Part shown: piece by piece, positions 1 through 4,257 of the stretch
How the letters are laid out: every line of letters starts with the position of its first letter
Numbering within the stretch: position 1 is the stretch's first letter
IMG/VR virus record: IMGVR_UViG_3300045988_000083
Coordinates: 1 to 6,497 of that record
Direction: 5' to 3' (one strand)
DNA length: 6,497 nt
Source of the DNA: a virus
Made by a program: the position numbers and the translations under genes
The notes under the pieces: model-generated
What the model saw: the letters and a program-made list of their open reading frames with translations, nothing else
What the model was told of the DNA's origin: nothing
Databases searched by the model: none

Positions 1-55
1 CTGATATTCCTTGGTGTTATTTGTCTGATCTTTCCACTTCGCTTTATTATTCTTC
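1..55. repeat. Terminal redundancy, left copy (identical to 6443-6497); closure point of a circular 6442-nt genome
   Basis: Base-by-base comparison shows 1-55 (ctgatattccttggtgttatttgtctgatctttccacttcgctttattattcttc) is identical to 6443-6497. The repeat lies inside one continuous reading frame, as expected for an assembly overlap of a circular molecule. Confidence 0.97.
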
Positions 56-1532
56 TGGTGGTTCTCCTTTGGGTTCAACTGTTGCTGTCCCTTCTGGTTT
101 TGGTAATATTTTTGGTTATAATAGAGGTGATGTTAGTTTCAAGTTATTATCTTATTTAAATTATGGTAATATTGTAAATCCCGGTAGTTCCACTGTTGGT
201 TCAAGTACAAATCGTTGGTGGAATACTTCTTTCACAACTGCTGGTGTTCAAAATTACTCTCAGAAATATAAGAATAATAATGCTGTTTCTCTATTTCCTC
301 TTTTGGCTTATCAGAAGATTTATCAAGATTTTTTCCGTTGGTCTCAATGGGAAAATGCTGATCCTACCTCTTATAATGTAGATTATTATAATGGTTCTGG
401 AAATTTATTTGGTCCTTCTGGTCTTTCTTCTGTTATTCCGGCTAATAATGGCTACTGGAAACGTGATAATATGTTTTCTCTCCGTTATTGCAACTGGAAC
501 AAGGACATGTTTATGGGTCTCCTTCCTAATTCCCAATTTGGAGATGTTGCTGTAGTTAATTTAGGTGATTCAGGCTCAGGCACAATTCCTGTAGGTTTTA
601 TTTCTGACACAGAGGTATTTACCCAAGCATTTAATGCTACTGCTATGAATACCGTTTCGGATACATCCCCTATGGGTATTTCCGGTTCTGTTCCTGTTTC
701 TGCTCGTCAGGCTATGGTTGCCAGAATTAATAATGCTGATGTTGCTTCATTCTCTATTCTAGCTCTTCGCCAGGCAGAGGCTCTACAGAAATGGAAAGAA
801 ATTACTCAGTCTGTAGATACAAATTATCGTGATCAGATTAAGGCTCATTTTGGTATTAATACTCCTGCCTCTATGTCACATATGGCCCAATATATTGGTG
901 GTATTGCCCGTAATCTTGATATTTCTGAGGTAGTTAATAATAATCTTCGTGATGATGATTCTGAGGCAGTTATTTATGGTAAAGGTGTTGGCTCTGGTTC
1001 TGGAAAGATGCGTTACCGTACTGGTTCACAATATTGCATTATCATGTGTATTTACCATGCTATGCCTCTTTTGGATTACGCTATTAGTGGTCAAGATCCT
1101 CAGCTTCTTTGTACATCCGTAGAAGATCTTCCTATTCCTGAATTTGATAATATCGGTATGGAAGCTGTGCCTGCTACTACTTTGTTCAATTCGAATCGTT
1201 TTGATGGTACTCTTCTCAATGATTTCCTAGGTTATAATCCTCGTTATTGGCCTTGGAAATCTAAGATTGACCGCGTTCATGGTGCATTTACTACTACTCT
1301 TAAGGACTGGGTTGCTCCTATTGATGATAATTATTTGTATAAATGGTTTAATTCTAAAGATGGCAAGGCTGCTTCTATATCTTGGCCTTTCTTTAAGGTA
1401 AATCCGAATACATTGGATTCTATTTTTTCTGTTGCTGCTGATTCTATTTGGGAGACTGATCAGCTTTTGATTAATTGTGATATTTCATGTAAGGCTGTTC
1501 GTCCACTTTCCCAGGATGGTATGCCTTATTAA
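1..1532 (+). CDS. VP1: Major capsid protein VP1 (phiX174 F-like jelly-roll), C-terminal part; 5' part is at 6106-6442 across the circular junction
   Basis: The frame is open from the window edge (first full codon at 3: D-I-P-W-C-Y-L-S-D-L-S) and reads the same codons as 6445-6497. The TTG start at 21 in the ORF track is therefore a linearisation artefact. The stop is TAA at 1530-1532. The joined length is 337+1532 = 1869 nt = 622 aa + stop, which fits Microviridae VP1. It is the largest ORF and has strong T-ending codon bias (gct, tct, gtt, ggt, act, cgt). Confidence 0.92.
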   Translation, partial: DIPWCYLSDLSTSLYYSSGGSPLGSTVAVPSGFGNIFGYNRGDVSFKLLSYLNYGNIVNPGSSTVGSSTNRWWNTSFTTAGVQNYSQKYKNNNAVSLFPLLAYQKIYQDFFRWSQWENADPTSYNVDYYNGSGNLFGPSGLSSVIPANNGYWKRDNMFSLRYCNWNKDMFMGLLPNSQFGDVAVVNLGDSGSGTIPVGFISDTEVFTQAFNATAMNTVSDTSPMGISGSVPVSARQAMVARINNADVASFSILALRQAEALQKWKEITQSVDTNYRDQIKAHFGINTPASMSHMAQYIGGIARNLDISEVVNNNLRDDDSEAVIYGKGVGSGSGKMRYRTGSQYCIIMCIYHAMPLLDYAISGQDPQLLCTSVEDLPIPEFDNIGMEAVPATTLFNSNRFDGTLLNDFLGYNPRYWPWKSKIDRVHGAFTTTLKDWVAPIDDNYLYKWFNSKDGKAASISWPFFKVNPNTLDSIFSVAADSIWETDQLLINCDISCKAVRPLSQDGMPY

Positions 1533-1552
1533 TATTGTTAATATTGTTTATT

Positions 1553-2074
1553 ATGGAAAAGAAATGTTCAAATAAGATCTCTTTTGGTAATGGGTTTCGC
1601 AAGTTAGACCTTTCTATTTCTGCTGTTGGTTTTAATCCCATTGTTCGTGAAAAGGAGATAGCTGTTGAAATAGATCCTGTTTCTTTTTTTTGTATTGAAA
1701 CTGTTGGCGAAGGTGATGATAAGTGTTATCGTTATCGTTCAGATATTTCCATGTTACTTCATGCTAAGGATACTGCCAATAAGATTGGTATTGAAGGATT
1801 ACGTTATCTTTCCGAATCTCGTAGGACGAAGACATCTGCTATTCAATCTCAGTTAGATCAAATGGATGATCAACTTCTTTTGGATACTGTTAGATCTCGT
1901 CATTTGCAGTCTCCTGCTGAAATTCTTGCTTGGTCTGAAAGTTTAACCCAGGTAGCTCATGAATTGGAAATTCGTGTAGGTGCTGAAGCTCGTAAAAAAT
2001 ATGATGAGGAAATTTCTGCCGCTGCTGCTGCTAGCAGTAGCTCTTCTGCTGGATCATCTGATTCAACAGAATGA
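1553..2074 (+). CDS. Hypothetical 173-aa protein between VP1 and VP2; acidic, helical, with Ala/Ser-rich C-terminus; possible internal scaffolding protein (VP3-like)
   Basis: ATG at 1553 (MEKKCSNK...) lies in the same ttATGGAAAA context as the ORF at 4059; the TTG at 1535 in the ORF track is less likely. Stop is TGA at 2072-2074. In-frame T-ending codon bias matches VP1/VP2. The C-terminal tail AAAAASSSSSAGSSDSTE comes from a (GCT)4-containing tract at 2021-2032. The functional call rests only on position, size and charge, because I cannot recognise a family motif. Confidence 0.75.
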   Translation: MEKKCSNKISFGNGFRKLDLSISAVGFNPIVREKEIAVEIDPVSFFCIETVGEGDDKCYRYRSDISMLLHAKDTANKIGIEGLRYLSESRRTKTSAIQSQLDQMDDQLLLDTVRSRHLQSPAEILAWSESLTQVAHELEIRVGAEARKKYDEEISAAAAASSSSSAGSSDSTE

Positions 2075-3191
2075 TATTTTTTTAATTTTGTCCGCTTTAG
2101 ATCCTTTAAGCGCTGTTGGTCTTGGTCTTGGTTCCGTTTCAGGTATTGGTAATATCTTTAGTTCTGCTCATTCTAATTCTCAGAATATGAAGATTAATAG
2201 GATGAATAACGAGTTTAATGCTCGTGAAGCAGAGAAAGCTCGTCAATATCAGACTGAAATGTGGAATAAGACTAATGAGTGGAATTCTCCTAAGAATGTC
2301 CGTAAGCGTCTTGAAGAAGCTGGATATAATCCTTATTTGGGAATGGATTCTTCTAATGTTGGAACTGCTGGTAGTGCTGGATCTTCTTCTCCGGCTTCTG
2401 CTGCTTCTCCTATTCAGAATAATCCTATTCAATTTGACGGTTTTCAGAATGCTTTGTCTACGGCTATTCAGATGAGTAATTCTACTAAACTTTCTAATGC
2501 TGAGGTTTCTAACTTGCAAGGTCAGAAATCTTTGTCTGATGCTAAGGCTGCTGATACTCTTTCTAATATTGATTGGTATAAGCTTACTCCTGAGTATCGT
2601 AATTGGTTACAAACTACCGGTATGTCTCGCGCTCAGTTGTCTTACAATACTGATCTGCAAAATCTTGAGAATATGCGATGGATTAATAAGATTCAGCGTG
2701 CTCAACGTACTGAAATTCTTTTGTCTAACGATGCTAAGAGAATTATTAATCAGTATTTGGATGATTCTCAATCCTTACAGTTAAATTTGATGGCTAATCA
2801 GGCTTTTCAGGCTTTTTGTTCTGGACGTTTATCTCTTCAGCAGTGCAAAACTGAGGTTACTAAACAGTTTCTGAATATGGCTGAAACCGAAGGTCAGAAG
2901 ATCTCTAACAGGGTTGCTTCTGAAACTGCTGATCAATTGATTGGAGCTCTTCAGTGGCAGTATTCATCTGATGAAATGTATTCTCGTGGTTATGTTGGTT
3001 ATGCTCGTGAAGCTGGTCAAGCTCGTGGAAAAGGTGATGTTGCTAAAGGCGCGCTTGATGAGTATAATTATAATTCTCGTTATTGGAATACTGGAATCGA
3101 GTCTATTGGTCGTATTGGCAATGGTATTGGTTTACCTTTGATGCTTGGTCGTGGCTTTCGTGGATCTAAGCCTATTAGAGGTTTCCATTAA
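2001..3191 (+). CDS. VP2: Minor capsid / DNA pilot protein VP2 (phiX174 H-like); start codon uncertain
   Basis: A Gly/Ser-rich N-terminal segment (LSAVGLGLGSVSGIGNIFSSAHSNSQN) is followed by MNNEFNAREAEKARQYQTEMWNKTNEWNSPKNVRKRLEEAGYNPYL. The R-L-x-x-A-G-(L/Y)-N-P-x-L block (nt 2301-2339) is the hallmark I associate with gokushovirus/alpavirus VP2. Stop is TAA at 3189-3191. The first in-frame ATGs are at 2001 and 2004, overlapping the previous gene by 74 nt. See the finding on the ATGA/T7 alternative at 2071. Confidence 0.85.
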   Translation: MMRKFLPLLLLAVALLLDHLIQQNDIFLILSALDPLSAVGLGLGSVSGIGNIFSSAHSNSQNMKINRMNNEFNAREAEKARQYQTEMWNKTNEWNSPKNVRKRLEEAGYNPYLGMDSSNVGTAGSAGSSSPASAASPIQNNPIQFDGFQNALSTAIQMSNSTKLSNAEVSNLQGQKSLSDAKAADTLSNIDWYKLTPEYRNWLQTTGMSRAQLSYNTDLQNLENMRWINKIQRAQRTEILLSNDAKRIINQYLDDSQSLQLNLMANQAFQAFCSGRLSLQQCKTEVTKQFLNMAETEGQKISNRVASETADQLIGALQWQYSSDEMYSRGYVGYAREAGQARGKGDVAKGALDEYNYNSRYWNTGIESIGRIGNGIGLPLMLGRGFRGSKPIRGFH

Positions 3192-3221
3192 TTTATAAAT
3201 TAAATTTATAATCTTCTCTTG

Positions 3222-3258
3222 AAAGCCTCAGGTTCAGCTTGAGGCTTTTCTTTGTTTA
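3222..3258 (+). terminator. Rho-independent terminator downstream of VP2
   Basis: There is a perfect 9-bp stem, AAAGCCTCA (3222-3230) / TGAGGCTTT (3240-3248), with a 9-nt loop. It is followed by the T-rich run ttttctttgttt and sits 31 nt after the VP2 stop, at the end of the gene string. Confidence 0.75.
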
Positions 3259-3285
3259 TATAGCGCGAGCGACAAATAAGGGGTT

Positions 3286-3303
3286 CTAGGGGTATACCCC
3301 TAG
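3286..3303. repeat. 18-nt perfect palindrome CTAGGGGTATACCCCTAG (7-bp G/C-rich stem + TATA loop in ssDNA)
   Basis: Read directly: CTAGGGGTA (3286-3294) is the exact reverse complement of TACCCCTAG (3295-3303). It is non-coding and lies just downstream of the terminator. Confidence 0.9.
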
Positions 3304-3449
3304 AGCGTTAGCACCTTAGTATCGCCAAAGGCGCAGTCGCTTTAGCGACCTCTCTTGTCCCTAAGCTATTCTTAAGGTAGCTGTCCGTCTGCCTATATCT
3401 ACCCTTCCTCCCCTGTAAAATTAAAAAATAAAGCCTGCCGAATGGTGCA

Positions 3450-3466
3450 GTCCGTTCGTTACGGAC
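3450..3466. repeat. Perfect hairpin GTCCGT-tcgtt-ACGGAC
   Basis: 6-bp perfect stem (3450-3455 / 3461-3466) with a 5-nt loop, in the non-coding region. Confidence 0.85.
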
Positions 3467-3471
3467 CAGAT

Positions 3472-3490
3472 GTTATCGTGCAACGATAAC
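3472..3490. repeat. Perfect hairpin GTTATCG-tgcaa-CGATAAC
   Basis: 7-bp perfect stem (3472-3478 / 3484-3490) with a 5-nt loop, 5 nt downstream of the previous hairpin. Confidence 0.85.
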
Positions 3491-3508
3491 TGATTCTTGT
3501 ATCTTATT

Positions 3509-3517
3509 GGCGAAGCC
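3509..3517. repeat. GGCGAAGCC mini-hairpin containing the d(GCGAAGC) GAA-triloop motif
   Basis: GCGAAGC is read at 3510-3516 with an extra flanking G:C pair. A second C-GAA-G triloop hairpin, CCCGAAGGG, lies at 3530-3538, and a CGCC-AAA-GGCG hairpin at 3323-3333. Confidence 0.7.
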
Positions 3518-3537
3518 TATTTCATTTTTCCCGAAGG

Positions 3538-3562
3538 GTAATTGCTTTATCTCAGCAATTAC
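3538..3562. repeat. Perfect hairpin GTAATTGC-tttatctca-GCAATTAC
   Basis: 8-bp perfect stem (3538-3545 / 3555-3562) with a 9-nt loop. It can be extended by G3537:T3563, G3536:C3564 and A3535:T3565. Confidence 0.85.
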
Positions 3563-3651
3563 TCTCTATCCTTGTCATATATACGAAAAATGACACACCC
3601 CCCCTGTTCTTAATTACATATTACAATATTTGTTAAATTACTCCTAATTAA

Positions 3652-3684
3652 TTTGCATTTCTAAAATATTCTTTTTTATCTTTG
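3652..3684 (+). promoter_or_regulatory. Bacteroidetes-type sigma-AB promoter: -33 TTTG (3652-3655), 21-nt spacer, -7 TATCTTTG (3677-3684)
   Basis: It matches the Bacteroides consensus TTTG - about 19-21 nt - TAnnTTTG (consensus recalled from the B. fragilis promoter literature). It lies in an AT-rich stretch at the downstream edge of the non-coding region and points into the small-ORF/VP4/VP1 gene string. Confidence 0.55.
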
Positions 3685-3838
3685 CGGCACGATCAGAGGT
3701 GCAAAACTAATAGTGAGTAATTAGGCACTTGGCTTCGGCTATAAGTTTAATCGTCCTGCAATGATCAAGATAATACCGAGCTATTTATGGAAAATGAACA
3801 TCTCTGATTTTTTTTTATTAACTACAAAACCTGTCGAT

Positions 3839-4042
3839 ATGAAAATTACAGCTACTCAATGGATTGAAGTTGTTAAACTGATTGCTACTTTTGTTATTGG
3901 CGTTATTACTGCATTATTTGTTCATTCTTGCACAGTTTCTATGTCTGTTTCTAAGAATAATACTAATTCTTCTCAGAAAACAGAGCAGACATCTACTTCT
4001 TCTGTAGATTCTACTCGTATTAATATTAATACTAAACACTAA
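3839..4042 (+). CDS. Small single-pass membrane protein (67 aa from ATG 3839; the ORF is open back to ATG 3761/3794); candidate lysis or membrane-associated factor
   Basis: Sequence is MKITATQWIEVVKLIATFVIGVITALFVHSC..., followed by a Ser/Thr/Asn-rich tail. The hydrophobic core LIATFVIGVITALFV is at nt 3878-3922. T-ending codon bias is strong from 3839 onward and visibly weaker across 3761-3838, so I prefer the 3839 start. Stop is TAA at 4040-4042. Confidence 0.65.
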   Translation: MKITATQWIEVVKLIATFVIGVITALFVHSCTVSMSVSKNNTNSSQKTEQTSTSSVDSTRININTKH

Positions 4043-4058
4043 TTTAAATTTTATTGTT

Positions 4059-4253
4059 ATGGAAAAACAAGTATTGAAGAAAGAAAAAAAAACTTTTGTG
4101 AATGGTTTTATCATTTCAGTTCAGTTGCCCGGTGCTGTTCCACCGAAGCAGTCATTTGTAGACACTTCTTCTGCTTTAGCAGAAACTGTGGCTTCTGTTC
4201 TTGACTCTACTCCTCATGCTATCATTTTGGTTCAGGCTTCTGTAAACCTCTAA
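4059..4253 (+). CDS. Hypothetical 64-aa protein with Lys-rich N-terminus (MEKQVLKKEKKT...)
   Basis: ATG at 4059 sits in the ttATGGAAAA context shared with the 1553 gene. In-frame T-ending codon bias (act, ttt, ggt, gct, tct, gtt, cct) matches the other phage genes. The stop at 4251-4253 is 4 nt before the VP4 ATG. I recognise no family motif. Confidence 0.6.
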   Translation: MEKQVLKKEKKTFVNGFIISVQLPGAVPPKQSFVDTSSALAETVASVLDSTPHAIILVQASVNL

Positions 4254-4257
4254 TGCT

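Noticed and set aside
21-23. Alternative starts used in the ORF track: TTG at 21 (VP1), TTG at 1535 and GTG at 1980.
   Set aside because: The 21 start is an artefact of cutting the circle inside VP1, because the frame is open to the window edge and continues from 6106. For 1535 and 1980, downstream in-frame ATGs (1553; 2001/2004) are more plausible, although the true VP2 start remains uncertain.
99-114. TATTTTTG (107-114) matches the Bacteroides -7 element TAnnTTTG inside VP1.
   Set aside because: The only upstream TTTG (99-102) is 4 nt away instead of about 20. The site is inside a T-rich coding region where such octamers arise by chance.
196-381. Nested same-strand ORFs inside real genes: 196-381 in VP1; 2218-2475, 2497-2784 and 2941-3141 in VP2; and the long 179-aa ORF 4925-5464 in VP4. 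These could recall the overlapping genes of phiX174 (B in A, E in D).
   Set aside because: Every one of them is in the same relative frame (+1, starting at codon position 2 of the host gene). A stop in that frame needs a host codon NTA or NTG, and these are rare here because third positions are overwhelmingly T. Long open stretches are therefore expected without selection. Their translations are low-complexity Leu/Ile/Val/Arg strings, and none has its own start context (TTATGG) or recognisable motif. The 4925-5464 ORF could still be tested by synonymous-rate analysis in relatives.
915-923. CTTGATATT, a 9-nt identity to the core of the phiX174 origin nick site (CAACTTG/ATATTAATAAC). Similar TGATATT strings occur at 3-9 (and its copy at 6445-6451), 1478-1484, 4873-4885 and 6163-6170.
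   Set aside because: The match does not extend beyond 9 nt. GAT-ATT (Asp-Ile) codon pairs are common in this T/A-rich coding sequence, so several such hits are expected. There is no evidence that this lineage shares the phiX origin sequence. It is only worth testing as a nicking substrate if the intergenic candidates fail.
2139-2519. Minus-strand ORFs 2139-2519, 3914-4114, 5160-5402 and 5776-6069.
   Set aside because: Each lies wholly or mostly antisense to a well-supported + strand gene. They encode Arg/Ser/Ile-rich low-complexity sequence typical of the reverse complement of T3-biased codons. No promoter or terminator is seen on that strand, and Microviridae are transcribed from one strand only.
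2968-2974. CTGATGA (a hammerhead ribozyme core-like heptamer) at 2968-2974 within VP2; another CTGATGA occurs near 5593.
   Set aside because: Both lie inside coding sequence as ordinary codons (S-D-E, A-D-E). No flanking helices or GAAA element are arranged to build a hammerhead.
3450-3490. The two adjacent hairpins superficially resemble tRNA arms. GTCCG-TTCGTTA-CGGAC looks like a T-arm, and TTATC-GTGCAAC-GATAA looks like an anticodon arm with GCA.
   Set aside because: No acceptor stem can be formed from the flanking sequence. The order and spacing of the arms are wrong for a cloverleaf. The T-loop lacks the conserved A58-equivalent, and there is no D-arm with GG. I conclude it is not a tRNA.
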